DNA of 38,213 bases from Fidelibacterota bacterium (GCA_046735395.1 JBJKQR010000061.1:1-38213); one strand, 5' to 3'. Shown: positions 1 to 9,891, numbered from the stretch's first letter. A program made the numbers and translations. Notes: generated by a model from the letters alone, not told the origin.

Positions 1-51
1 GCTGAATACCTAATTTACGGCAAAGGTTAATTACCAGAAGGGAGGATCAAT

Positions 52-807
52 TTGAAAATCCTTGTGTGTGTGAAACAGGTCCCTGATACGGAGACAAAAG
101 TCAAAATTTCCGGGGACGGACGGACTCTGGATGAATCTGAAGTGAATTTCATCCTGAATCCCTATTGTGAGTTTGCGGTGGAGGAAGCGCTGAAGATCCG
201 GGAGCAGCTGGGTGGAGAAGTATGCTTGCTTACCGTCGGTCCGGCCGAGGCAAAAACAGCCTTGCGCAGCGGTCTGGCGATGGGTGCGGATACTGCTGTG
301 CATCTGCTTGCGGAGGGTTCGCGGATCATGGATTCTTCCGCAGTCGCCCGGGCCCTTGCCCGGGAAATCGGCGATCAGGCTCCGGATCTGGTCCTGATGG
401 GTAAAAAATCCGTGGATGCGGATATGAGCGCAGTTCCGCCTCTGGTGGCGGCGTTTACGAATATGCCCATTGTGACCGGAATCGGAGCAGCCGAGTATAC
501 GGATGCCGGTACCCGTGTCCGGAGGGATAGTGAGGACGGTCAGGAAAGCTTTGATTCGTCCTGGCCCTGTATTCTCACGACGGATAAGGGGCTGAATACG
601 CCGCGCTACGCGAGTCTGAAGGGAATTATGGCGGCCAAGAAAAAAACGATAGAAGAAAAGGCCCCGGACTTGCCCGAAGGAAAAAGCAGCATTTCTGCCA
701 TGACCTATCCGCCGGCAGCGGCTCCCGGACGTATTGTCGGAAACGGAGCGGAAGCTGTGCCGGAACTGATACGGCTGCTTCGTGATGAAGCCAGAGTAAT
801 CGAATAG
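52..807 (+). CDS. etfB: Electron transfer flavoprotein beta subunit
   Basis: MKILVCVKQVPDT, NPYCEFAVEEA, LAMGAD, PRYASLKGIMAAKKK motifs; TTG start with GGAGG RBS at 41-45. Confidence 0.97.
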   Translation: MKILVCVKQVPDTETKVKISGDGRTLDESEVNFILNPYCEFAVEEALKIREQLGGEVCLLTVGPAEAKTALRSGLAMGADTAVHLLAEGSRIMDSSAVARALAREIGDQAPDLVLMGKKSVDADMSAVPPLVAAFTNMPIVTGIGAAEYTDAGTRVRRDSEDGQESFDSSWPCILTTDKGLNTPRYASLKGIMAAKKKTIEEKAPDLPEGKSSISAMTYPPAAAPGRIVGNGAEAVPELIRLLRDEARVIE

Positions 808-816
808 GAGGCGGAC

Positions 817-1776
817 ATGGGAAAAAAAATACTGATCCTGGCAGAACATCATCAGGGTGAATTACGAAAATCAGCGTTCGAACTGGTCGCAGCGGCCAGA
901 TCGCTGAATCCTGAATCCGTGACCGTTCTGCTGAGCGGAAAAAATAGCGACAGCCTGGCGGGAAAATTCAATGGCAGCGGGGCAACCCGAGTCCTGACAG
1001 CGGACCATCCATCACTGGACGGATACAGCCTGACGGCATTATCCGGACTGGTTGAAAAACTGATAGCAGAGAAGGGATACGATCTGATTCTCAGCGCAGC
1101 AAGTGTACATGGCCGGGAGCTTATCCCGTTTCTGGCCGGGAAGCTGTCCTGTGCTGTGGTGGCTGATTGTACAGCCATAGAGGCAAACGCCGACGGACTT
1201 TCGGTGATTCACCCTGTCTACGCCGGAAAAGCGTTTGTGCGGGTGGATCTGCCGGCAGGTCTGTGCTGTGTCAGTATCCGGCCGAACGCGTTCAGTCCCG
1301 AAGAGCCCGGTGGGGATCCTGCCGTGGAAAACGTGGACCTGTCAGCCTGGGCCGCTGATCTGAGCCTGAGCCGGTCGGAGCTGGCGGAAAAGCAGGGCAG
1401 CCGTCCTGAACTGACGGAAGCGTCTGTGATCGTCAGCGGAGGCCGTGGTATGGGTGGCCCGGAACACTATTCGGTGATCGAGGAACTGGCGGATCGCCTC
1501 GGCGCTGCGGTCGGAGCAAGCCGTGCGGCCGTGGATGCCGGCTGGCGGCCGCATTCGGACCAGGTGGGGCAGACCGGAAAGACCGTTTCTCCCAATCTCT
1601 ATATTGCCTGCGGGATTTCCGGCGCCATTCAGCATCTGGCCGGCATGTCTTCCAGCAAGGTGATCGTGGCTGTAAACAAAGACCCGGATGCGCCGATTTT
1701 CAAGGTTGCGACCTATGGCATCGTCGGAGACCTTTTTCAGGTTGTCCCGGCCATGACGGCAGAATTGAAAAAGTAA
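817..1776 (+). CDS. etfA: Electron transfer flavoprotein alpha subunit
   Basis: [56 protein letters not shown]-binding motifs; GGAGG RBS; follows etfB. Confidence 0.97.
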   Translation: MGKKILILAEHHQGELRKSAFELVAAARSLNPESVTVLLSGKNSDSLAGKFNGSGATRVLTADHPSLDGYSLTALSGLVEKLIAEKGYDLILSAASVHGRELIPFLAGKLSCAVVADCTAIEANADGLSVIHPVYAGKAFVRVDLPAGLCCVSIRPNAFSPEEPGGDPAVENVDLSAWAADLSLSRSELAEKQGSRPELTEASVIVSGGRGMGGPEHYSVIEELADRLGAAVGASRAAVDAGWRPHSDQVGQTGKTVSPNLYIACGISGAIQHLAGMSSSKVIVAVNKDPDAPIFKVATYGIVGDLFQVVPAMTAELKK

Positions 1777-1802
1777 CTCCGTCTCAAAATAATGGACATT
1801 TC

Positions 1803-1831
1803 ACGCCGGCCTCGGAGTCGGCGTTTTTTTA
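1803..1831 (+). terminator. Rho-independent terminator of etfBA
   Basis: ACGCCGGC-CTCGGA-GTCGGCGT hairpin followed by a T run. Confidence 0.85.
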
Positions 1832-1865
1832 TTATTCAGGTATCAGGTATAGTTGACTGCCGGAT

Positions 1866-3362
1866 TTAGCAAAAATCCCGGTTTAATCCTTCAAGTATCT
1901 GAGGGATCAGTTCCTTCCGGCACTTTTCCAATGCAGAATTCATGGCTTCCGTCGGAGTGAGGCCCTCTCCTTCAATATCGTTAAGGCGAATCGTTGAAAT
2001 GAGCTGCTGTTCACGGATGTCCAGCAGGGTCAGCCGCGCTGAGGCAAGGGCAAAAACATGTCCGCTGCCGGTGGCCGGATCCGGGCTGGCTGTCACCGAA
2101 CCGAGAAGGGCAACATCGGCCAGGCCATCCAGGGAGGCGAAGAGACCATCCCAGTCTTCATAATCAATCACGGCATTCAGATCTTCCATACGAATGGATT
2201 GAATTCTGCTGTAATCCAGAATGCTGAGATCCTGAGCAAGGGCAGCTTTTTCCATTTGAAGCTGGGTTCGGGACTGGGCTAGAATCTGATCATTCTCCAT
2301 TTCGTATATATGGATGAACAGCCGTGACCCGGCTCTGCTGGCGACGGTGAAGGCTACGGTTGCCCGGACGCCATCAAAGGCTCGTTCGACGGAATTGAGG
2401 GGTTGGTGCCACTGCCGGGGAAGGGGCGAGGGACAGCTGATGAGGATCTGAGCCCTGCCGCTGAAGGCGGAATCAACACGGGCGACACGGACGGAGAATT
2501 GTCCGTCGCTGTCACTGAACAGACTGTCCTGATCGACCTGCCCCGAGGCGTTGAGAAAAGATACGGTCAGGGGGAAATGGAATACGGGAATATTTTCGAA
2601 CCGGATCCGCCCGAGAATGTTATTCCGCAGTCCTTCTCCAAGTTTGGTTTCCTGATTGTCTCCGCTTAGAATTTCAATGTTCAGATTGCGGGCCAGTTCT
2701 GTCAGCTGGTTACTGAAAAAGGATTGAAGCCCGCTTTCAAAACCGGTATCAAGGGGGTCGCCTGTCAGTGTCCGGCCTGTCACAGCCTGAATCAGCAGTA
2801 TTTCATTTAAAATATCAATGTATTCTGTTACGGCCTGCTGAATATTTCCCTCTCCGGCGGCTTTCCGGGCTTCTACGGTGAGATCCCGGCACCGATCCCG
2901 GGTCTGACGTGATTTCCGTTCGTAACTCTTCAGAACTTCGTCCCCGGCCAGACGCACCAGAGTATAGGCGGTTTTCTCCGATTCATTGTCATAGCGGGCC
3001 AGAAATTCTATATTATCCAGATCGGAGGCAGAGTTCAGGGTTGTCGTTCTGCTGAATTCCTCTACGGCTCTCTCTTCCTTGTCACGTATTTCCTCATAGG
3101 TGTTCCGAATGCTGTCAGCGACAGAGCGGCTGATGTCCATGAGCAGGTCATCGACAGCTCTGCGGTCGGCGCTGAGACGGGCATCTGCGCGGGATCCGGC
3201 GGTGAATTCCGCTTTTCCGATTCCGTAAAAATACCCGGGATCTGCAGGTTTCCGGGATACCCAGGCCGGGCCTTCCGATTCGGCTCCGAATCCTGAATAA
3301 TGAATGGCGGCAATCAGGAACACTATTCCTGAAAGTTTTACAGCGGAAGTAAATCGTGTCAT
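1866..3362 (-). CDS. LPP20-like envelope protein with central Ig-like and C-terminal CsgG/FlgT-like domains
   Basis: Signal peptide, then PAWVS...YFYGIG...A (LPP20-type N-terminus); ILSGDNQ...SDSDGQFSV Ig-like segment; C-terminal alpha/beta domain. No lipobox Cys seen. Confidence 0.65.
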   Translation of the reverse strand: MTRFTSAVKLSGIVFLIAAIHYSGFGAESEGPAWVSRKPADPGYFYGIGKAEFTAGSRADARLSADRRAVDDLLMDISRSVADSIRNTYEEIRDKEERAVEEFSRTTTLNSASDLDNIEFLARYDNESEKTAYTLVRLAGDEVLKSYERKSRQTRDRCRDLTVEARKAAGEGNIQQAVTEYIDILNEILLIQAVTGRTLTGDPLDTGFESGLQSFFSNQLTELARNLNIEILSGDNQETKLGEGLRNNILGRIRFENIPVFHFPLTVSFLNASGQVDQDSLFSDSDGQFSVRVARVDSAFSGRAQILISCPSPLPRQWHQPLNSVERAFDGVRATVAFTVASRAGSRLFIHIYEMENDQILAQSRTQLQMEKAALAQDLSILDYSRIQSIRMEDLNAVIDYEDWDGLFASLDGLADVALLGSVTASPDPATGSGHVFALASARLTLLDIREQQLISTIRLNDIEGEGLTPTEAMNSALEKCRKELIPQILEGLNRDFC

Positions 3363-3368
3363 ATCTGT

Positions 3369-6300
3369 TTATTTCAACAAGAGCATTTTCTTGATCGTTG
3401 AATAATTTTCAGTCGTCATCTGATAAAAATAGATTCCGGTCGCAATCCGTTCACCGAATCCGTTCTCGCCATTCCATTGTACCTGATGATAACCAGGACT
3501 CAGAACTGCAGAATTGAGGAGGGTCTTGATTTTCTGCCCCATGCCATTATAAATGATAATGGAAACAGTCGTCTCTTCCGGGATGGCAAAGGTGATGGTG
3601 GTGCGGTTATTGAAGGGATTGGGGAAATTCTGATTCAGCATATAATCGACCGGCACGAGGGAGACGCCCAGATTGTTTTCCTGAAAATACCCGTCGGTTC
3701 CGGCGACCAGACGGTATTGTTTATCCATGGAATTGGTAATATTGTAGGATAGATTAATATCTCCGTCATATTCGTCCACTCTGTTGGAGAGCGGGTCAAT
3801 CAGGTAGAGCTTGAAGCCGGGTGGCAATTCACTCAGCAGGGTCATGGTCAGTTTCACCGGAGCATTGGTATTCGAACAGTGGATGGAAAAATCCCAAAAC
3901 TGGCCCTCTGCGGAATAAGGCTTGAAATCTCCCGAATACAGGCCGGGCATGTTCTCCCAGGACAGATGATCAAAATCCAGTGTCACATAGCGGTCGCTCA
4001 TGGGGCGGGGTGCGCTGAAATCGGTCAAATCCCATTCATTTTCAGAATTCTTTGTCATGCCCAGATAATTATCATCGTCATGATATGTCCCGCTTTCCAG
4101 TGCGAGCTGCATTCCCCATTCATCGTCACCGAAGTCCGTCACGCCGGAAGATGCTGCCGTGTTTGCCGCATTTTCACTCGGAGGGATCAGCAGATGGCTG
4201 CCTCCGGAGGGCGTGGCAATGAAATAGCCTTTGAAGGGTTCCATGGCTTTTGCGATGGACCAGCCGGATTCGGAATATTCCCAGGCGACGGATCCCTGAA
4301 TAACGCCGGGGTTGCCCGCAACTATGTCTTCCCAGGAAACGGGAAAATTAAACGGCGATCCCACCTGATTCCATCCCGGATCCAGTGAAAGAGTAAAATT
4401 TTCGTTGGTGGGAATCGTCAGGCAACTGTCAATGCTGACCTCCTCTTCCTCGGCGGTGATGAGCCAGTATGCCAATCCGGGTGATAAGATGAACTCTGTA
4501 TTATCAGACAGTTCTGTGTAGCGGCCGTTCTCCCACCTGAACAGGCGGTATTTTTCGTTGTTATAGGCCCCGAGGTTCTTCTCCAGATGCGGAAGGGCCT
4601 CCTGCTTCATGAGCTCGGCCGGAATGGATATCATTTGGTATTCCTTGGCGGCAGTTTTCAACGGAGGAAGCGTCGGCAGAGTGATGCGGAGGGCTTCCGC
4701 TTTCCGGGGCGCCGATTCCGGGAAGTAGCCCGTATTCATGCCATCGGATACTTTAATATAATACTCAACGCCTCTGTCCGATACCGCATCGGGCGGGATG
4801 ACCGCGCTATAGAGGCTGTCGTCGCTCAGGGCCATGGCCACGGAATCAAAACGTGCCGTTCCGCCGCTCCGCCAGAACAGCCGGGCAGTTTGTATGAAAT
4901 TATTGTCGGAAATTGCAGCGGAGACCGCAATGGCATTTCCGGGCGTAATAAGGGTGTCTCTGAGGGCGTCGGCATCAAAATGTATCTGCGGCGGCGTGGC
5001 GTCATATCCGGCCCCGGCCACTGTGACCGTATCCGATCCGGCGTTGCTTTGAATGATGAGAAACCCCCTGTAATCACGAGCAGCCAGAGGTCGGAACATC
5101 ACGGCGAAATCCTTCGTCTCCGACGGAGGCAGATTGAAAGCAGGTGGCTGGACGTCAAGGCTTGTATCCAGAGAATCACTGAATATAAAACCGCTGATTT
5201 TCAGAGTATCGGTCCCGATATTTTCGATTTGCAGGGGAAGATCCTTTTCGCCGTCAAGGGCGACAAGACCATAATCGAGAGTGGAATCGGGTATGAACAG
5301 GCGGGGAAACGTGCCTGCAGCAAGGAGTTTTACCCTGATTTCCGGACAATCGGGGTCATTATTCAGAATGGTCATCCGGTCGTTGAAGTCCCGGTTTTCC
5401 GCTGGATCTAATTGCAGAAAAACGGGTGTTTCATTCCCGGGAAGGATTTGCATCGATCCGGATGACGGGGATGAAAAGGCCGAGTCGGAGAAAAGGAATT
5501 CCTGAATATTGAGGGCCGCCGTACCCGTATTCCGGATGGTAAACATCCGGGTGGTCGTGCTGTCATTCATATGAATATTTCCAAAATCCAGCGAGTCCGT
5601 GCTGAGCTGAATGTCAGGAATGGGATCGGAGGATCCGATACCGAGGAGAATGCATTTCACAGGACAATGAGGATTGTCCGAGACGATCAGGCTGAGCGTA
5701 TCGGTCACCGGGCCGTCCCGTTCCGGAATGAAACGGATGCGGAGGATCCGGATGTCACCTGCGGGAATGGGATCATCAGGGGATGAATAATCAACGGAAA
5801 ATACGGAACTGTGCCATTGAATATCGCTGATGGAAAGCGCGTCCGGTCCTGTATTCTGAAGAATCAGATCCGTCTCGCCGGTTGTGGAAGTCTGGACGGT
5901 GCCAAAATTCAGACTGTCAGCATTTACGGCAAGCAGCGAGTTTGAAATTCCGCTGCCCCTGCCTGTCAGTTCAAATTTCAGCGGCAGCTCTGTACTGTTT
6001 CCGGAAATGATCAGCGTGTCTATATAAGCAAGGGTGTCACGGGGAGAGAAAGTGACATCAAATGTGAGTTCAGTGTCAATATCTATGGAATCTGCGAGAA
6101 TCTTGAAATCAGGCCGGAATATCAGTGTATCGGTGGAAATGATGGAATTTATCCAAAGTCTGGTATTCCCCTTGTTTTTCAGAGTAAAGCTGTGTGTGCG
6201 GTGAATATCCCTGAAAATATCCACGTTCCCAAAATTCAGCGCTTCAGCCGGTTCAAGAGTTATAGACGGCTCAAGCTGCTTTATTCCGCTTCCTGTCAGT

Positions 6301-7781
6301 AACATCGTTCTGCTTCCGTCGTGAAAGGACAGCGTTGCCGGTCCGTCATACTCTACAGATTCCCGGGGAGAAAATCGCAGGATTACGGACAGACTGTCAC
6401 CGGCTGCAAGTGCAGCACCGCTTTCCGGAAAATCAGAATTGTAGCCGGCCGGAAGGAGCAGGCCCGTAAGCTGCAGATCGGAATTGGCCGGATTCGATAT
6501 ACTGATCCGCATTTCGCGGGATTCGCTGACCGGGATACGGCCGAAATTCAGAGTATCGGCGCTAAGTCGGACCAAGGGTCCGGATGCAATGGTGAAACGC
6601 ATTCCCCGGGATGGTCCCCACTTGTTTTCTGAATCCCGGAATCGTACAAACAGTTGATGTGTCCCGGGACGGAGTCCGGCCTGTGAAACGGGAAGTGTGA
6701 GAGACGCCGTTCCCGTTGATGTGCCATACTCACTGTCAGGTAAGGGGTTTCCCTTTCCTTCTCCGGGATCTGTATCAAAAAAATATTCGGCTGCAGAGAG
6801 TGTAACGGTTTTTGCGCCGCGTGTCTCGGTCATCATCGCGACTTTCTGCGGCAGGCCCCAGCCGCTTTGTCTGCTGAGGAATCTGATATAAAGGTGTTTC
6901 AGGCCGGTCTTGGAGGGCGCAGATATGGGGGAGCTGATCGAAACGCGGTTCCCGGTCCGGATAAAAGCCAGATCCGTGCCGCCTCCTTCACCCGGATCCT
7001 CTCCGAAGAAATATTCGGCAGCTGTTATTTCATCTTCGGGAGAGGGTGTTGATTCAATCAGAAAATAAGTTGTCTGTGACGGTCCCCAGCCGGCCTTACT
7101 GCTGTAAACGCGGACAGAACAGGCATAAATCCCGTGTGCATCCGGTGCCGGAAACGTGAATACAGCGCCGAATGTATTTGCAGGGTCAATGGAAATCGGT
7201 GTCCCGTTTCCTTCACCCGGGTCGCCGCCGATATAGTATTCCGCAGCTGTAATATTCAGGTCTGAACTGATCGCGGAGCGAATGATGAAGGAGGATGTCC
7301 GTGGCGGGTTCCATCCAAGTGAAGCACTGTAAAACCGAGTATAGATCCGATGGAGGCCTTCCTCCGTCATGCTGAAATCCGCAGAAGCCGTCAAGTTCCC
7401 ATCTGTATCCGTATTCATCATCATGGGAAATCCATTTCCTTCACCGGGATCACGATCCAGAAAATACTCGGCTTTACCCGGTTCGTCGTCGGAGGATGGG
7501 GGGCGTACCTGAAGAAAAGGTGCACTTCGCCAGGATCCCCAGCCGAGGGAATCATCATAGTTCCGGAGATATGCGAAATGCAGGCCGTCTTTCAGATCGG
7601 CAAGGGATGAAATATCTCGTAATGACATCTCCTCGTCCGATGTGCCGAGGGGAACGGTGTGAACCCCGTTGTCTTCGCGATCTATGTAATACCGGCCCTG
7701 AGTGATGGCTCCCGGCACGGAGACGGCACAAACCAGTCCCGACAGGATTATCTTCACGATGATGTGTGGTCTGAACTTCAT
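3369..7781 (-). CDS. 1470-aa secreted multidomain surface protein: 5 AEYFxDxDPGxG modules, 5 choice-of-anchor D (ASH-type Ig) domains, T9SS-A/FlgD-Ig C-terminal domain
   Basis: Signal peptide; repeated AAEY(F/Y)xxxDPGEGxG; five LNFG/LDFG/LDYG...NxG..L.I repeats; C-terminal LNQNFPNPFN...GIYFYQM...KKMLLLK. Confidence 0.85.
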   Translation of the reverse strand: MKFRPHIIVKIILSGLVCAVSVPGAITQGRYYIDREDNGVHTVPLGTSDEEMSLRDISSLADLKDGLHFAYLRNYDDSLGWGSWRSAPFLQVRPPSSDDEPGKAEYFLDRDPGEGNGFPMMMNTDTDGNLTASADFSMTEEGLHRIYTRFYSASLGWNPPRTSSFIIRSAISSDLNITAAEYYIGGDPGEGNGTPISIDPANTFGAVFTFPAPDAHGIYACSVRVYSSKAGWGPSQTTYFLIESTPSPEDEITAAEYFFGEDPGEGGGTDLAFIRTGNRVSISSPISAPSKTGLKHLYIRFLSRQSGWGLPQKVAMMTETRGAKTVTLSAAEYFFDTDPGEGKGNPLPDSEYGTSTGTASLTLPVSQAGLRPGTHQLFVRFRDSENKWGPSRGMRFTIASGPLVRLSADTLNFGRIPVSESREMRISISNPANSDLQLTGLLLPAGYNSDFPESGAALAAGDSLSVILRFSPRESVEYDGPATLSFHDGSRTMLLTGSGIKQLEPSITLEPAEALNFGNVDIFRDIHRTHSFTLKNKGNTRLWINSIISTDTLIFRPDFKILADSIDIDTELTFDVTFSPRDTLAYIDTLIISGNSTELPLKFELTGRGSGISNSLLAVNADSLNFGTVQTSTTGETDLILQNTGPDALSISDIQWHSSVFSVDYSSPDDPIPAGDIRILRIRFIPERDGPVTDTLSLIVSDNPHCPVKCILLGIGSSDPIPDIQLSTDSLDFGNIHMNDSTTTRMFTIRNTGTAALNIQEFLFSDSAFSSPSSGSMQILPGNETPVFLQLDPAENRDFNDRMTILNNDPDCPEIRVKLLAAGTFPRLFIPDSTLDYGLVALDGEKDLPLQIENIGTDTLKISGFIFSDSLDTSLDVQPPAFNLPPSETKDFAVMFRPLAARDYRGFLIIQSNAGSDTVTVAGAGYDATPPQIHFDADALRDTLITPGNAIAVSAAISDNNFIQTARLFWRSGGTARFDSVAMALSDDSLYSAVIPPDAVSDRGVEYYIKVSDGMNTGYFPESAPRKAEALRITLPTLPPLKTAAKEYQMISIPAELMKQEALPHLEKNLGAYNNEKYRLFRWENGRYTELSDNTEFILSPGLAYWLITAEEEEVSIDSCLTIPTNENFTLSLDPGWNQVGSPFNFPVSWEDIVAGNPGVIQGSVAWEYSESGWSIAKAMEPFKGYFIATPSGGSHLLIPPSENAANTAASSGVTDFGDDEWGMQLALESGTYHDDDNYLGMTKNSENEWDLTDFSAPRPMSDRYVTLDFDHLSWENMPGLYSGDFKPYSAEGQFWDFSIHCSNTNAPVKLTMTLLSELPPGFKLYLIDPLSNRVDEYDGDINLSYNITNSMDKQYRLVAGTDGYFQENNLGVSLVPVDYMLNQNFPNPFNNRTTITFAIPEETTVSIIIYNGMGQKIKTLLNSAVLSPGYHQVQWNGENGFGERIATGIYFYQMTTENYSTIKKMLLLK

Positions 7782-7806
7782 TCCGGTTTTTTATTTGACA
7801 GCGCCG

Positions 7807-8934
7807 TTAGTTCCCGGAGCCAACCCGACCCTTTGCGCTGAGGGTGATGGTCCCGTCCGGAGACAGGGTACCGGGAGTTATGGATATTTCAATAACGTTG
7901 GGAATATCGGGGATGCCGAAGTCGTCCCTGAAGGGCCAGGGTCCACCGTACATTCCCGGATCATTCGGCGATCCATCTTTATCCTTCCATGCCTGAATGT
8001 TAAACCCGGAATCAATGAGGGGTGAATCCGGTTTCAGGTGAAAGTCGTATCGGTCATCATCCGGCGATGTTGCCCGGTATTTATCCCCGGGAGAATAGTT
8101 TACAAACCCCGCATCCGTGACGACTTTGTCATTTACTGTGCTGATGTTGCTGTTCTGTATAGTATTGCAGAATCCGTTATACTTGATGGTCTGCGGGTTC
8201 ATGTTGCTTATGATGCCCTCATCGCAGTTCATGAACAGATTGGAGTGAATCGCCGCATCGTCGGTGCTTTCAATATTTTCTCCGAAGCCGTAGACCAGGC
8301 CGATACTGTTGTCTACGAACGTATTGTTGCAAATTTTCAGATTTGTGCACGCCTGGCAGGTGCCTCCGCGGTTCAGGCCACCCAGCAGATTGTTGGAGAG
8401 CAGAACATCCGATGTATTACTGATGAAAAATCCCTGGCCGCTGTAGGGAGTCCGATTTGTAAAAATATTGCTTCGCACGGTGTCCTGTTTTCCTCCGGCC
8501 AGTGAGAGCGAAGCTCCGGACGATATATTGATGAAAAAATTCTCTTCAATCGTCACATCGTCGACGGTTACGGACAGCGCCGTGCCGTTTGAAATGAAAC
8601 GGAATCCCCGGATAACCGATCCATCTGAATTACCGGAAAAAGTGAAGATAGCACTGGCGCCGGGGGTTTCAACGGAACAGCCTCCTCCGGAGACGGCATC
8701 ATAGCCCGAACCTAAAAGGGTCAGTTTCTTATTTACAGAAATCTCTGTTTCGGAAGCGGAAAGAAGGTAGGCATGGCTGAGGCAGAAAACAGTGTCTCCT
8801 GCGGCAGCATTCCGAACAGCTGACGGGATATTATCGTAAACACCACCTCCGTATGGGTCTACGGTAAGGATTCTGGCGCTGAGGATTGTGATGATTGAAA
8901 ATGTTAAAAAACCGATCTTTAACAAACTGTTCAT
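7807..8934 (-). CDS. Secreted right-handed parallel beta-helix protein (NosD/pectin-lyase-like fold)
   Basis: Signal peptide; YDNIPSAV...GDTV start; Asn ladders (IEENFF, VRSNIF, LSNNLL, ICNNTF); DFHLKPDSPLIDSG...DGSPNDPGMYGGP tail. Confidence 0.85.
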   Translation of the reverse strand: MNSLLKIGFLTFSIITILSARILTVDPYGGGVYDNIPSAVRNAAAGDTVFCLSHAYLLSASETEISVNKKLTLLGSGYDAVSGGGCSVETPGASAIFTFSGNSDGSVIRGFRFISNGTALSVTVDDVTIEENFFINISSGASLSLAGGKQDTVRSNIFTNRTPYSGQGFFISNTSDVLLSNNLLGGLNRGGTCQACTNLKICNNTFVDNSIGLVYGFGENIESTDDAAIHSNLFMNCDEGIISNMNPQTIKYNGFCNTIQNSNISTVNDKVVTDAGFVNYSPGDKYRATSPDDDRYDFHLKPDSPLIDSGFNIQAWKDKDGSPNDPGMYGGPWPFRDDFGIPDIPNVIEISITPGTLSPDGTITLSAKGRVGSGN

Positions 8935-9147
8935 CGCATTCTTTCTACTGATTTGTTTCGAATGCTTTTAACCGCCTTTCTGATAGTCATATATCCGGTC
9001 TGAGACATATCGGTGATCCGGAATACTTTCCTTCGGGAGAATACACCGTGAACCATTCGGACATTCAACTCCGCCGATATGATCAGAAGCTGGCCGAATG
9101 TGGTTTTTATTAACACGGGAAACACCCCTTTTCAGTAAACCAATCTT

Positions 9148-9176
9148 AATATAGCATCTAATTCAAGATGGCTCAA
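9148..9176 (-). promoter_or_regulatory. Putative sigma70 promoter for the beta-helix/scaffold operon, with a palindrome in the spacer
   Basis: Minus strand TTGAGC-17 nt-TATATT with TG extended -10; spacer contains CATCT-N6-AGATG. Confidence 0.5.
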
Positions 9177-9277
9177 ATAAAAAATGGATTTGCGGGTGGT
9201 GAAAAGGCTGTTATTCCTGATTTTGTGACAGAAAAGGCGCTGTGAAATCAAAGGTATTTTCAGAATAAATCAGGGAT

Positions 9278-9310
9278 AAAAAAAAGACCTCCCGTGCTGG
9301 GGAGGTCTTC
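9278..9310 (-). terminator. Rho-independent terminator of hsp20
   Basis: AAGACCTCCC-loop-GGGAGGTCTT hairpin followed by a T8 run on the minus strand. Confidence 0.9.
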
Positions 9311-9331
9311 ATTTTCCGGGAGAAATGGAAA

Positions 9332-9745
9332 TCAGTGAATTTCGATACTCGTGGGTTTGGCCTTTTCAGTTTTGGGGATTTCGAGGAAAAGCATGCCATC
9401 CTTGTAATTGGCTTTGATGGCGGAACTTTCCACGTGGGCGGGGAAACGGACCTTCCGTTCGAATTTTCCGGTCCGGATTTCTCTGAAATAGGCTTTGCGT
9501 TCATCATGGACATTGTCCGAATTTTTCTCGCCGGAAACGGTGAGGACGTTATCTTCGAATTCCACTCTGATATCCTTCTTTTCGAAGCCGGGAACCTCAA
9601 CGGTCAGGTGGTAGCTGTTGCCATCCTCCACCAGGTCCATGCGGGGTGTCCAATAGGACGGAGTTCCGCTGAAAATGGAATTGAAGGTGTCGAAGATGTC
9701 ACTTACTTCGTTGTTTGATACTCGGGGTCTTGTCAGGAATGTCAT
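9332..9745 (-). CDS. Hsp20/alpha-crystallin small heat shock protein
   Basis: PRMDLVE...EVPG...VLTVSGEK...EIRTGKFER...AIKANYKDGML...PK...IEI; AGGAG RBS. Confidence 0.96.
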   Translation of the reverse strand: MTFLTRPRVSNNEVSDIFDTFNSIFSGTPSYWTPRMDLVEDGNSYHLTVEVPGFEKKDIRVEFEDNVLTVSGEKNSDNVHDERKAYFREIRTGKFERKVRFPAHVESSAIKANYKDGMLFLEIPKTEKAKPTSIEIH

Positions 9746-9785
9746 GGTATTTTCTCCTTTTTCCTTTGTTTTTGTTCAGGGTCAT

Positions 9786-9802
9786 TGCGATCCCTGTGCC
9801 AA
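9786..9802 (-). promoter_or_regulatory. sigma54 (-24/-12) promoter of hsp20
   Basis: Minus strand TTGGCACAGGGATCGCA, GG-N10-GC spacing, about 40 nt upstream of the ATG. Confidence 0.75.
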
Positions 9803-9812
9803 AAACAGCAAC

Positions 9813-9891
9813 CTGTCATATTGGCGCATTAATTCAATGGGTTGGCGATATTTTCTGTCTCTATGTAATATTTCTGTCATTGTGGCGCATT
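9813..9891. promoter_or_regulatory. Paired upstream activator-like sites and IHF-like site for the hsp20 sigma54 promoter
   Basis: CTGTCATATTGGCGCATT (9813-9830) and CTGTCATTGTGGCGCATT (9874-9891); ATTCAATGGGTTG between them (1 mismatch to IHF WATCAANNNNTTR). Confidence 0.55.

Noticed and set aside
31..852. Long antisense ORFs (also 12239..13126, 17370..18170, 22740..23807, 24401..25282, 34365..35642)
   Set aside because: Shadows of well-supported genes on the opposite strand, with no recognisable motifs
9211..9600. 129-aa minus-strand ORF overlapping hsp20
   Set aside because: Alternate frame of hsp20 that runs through its terminator
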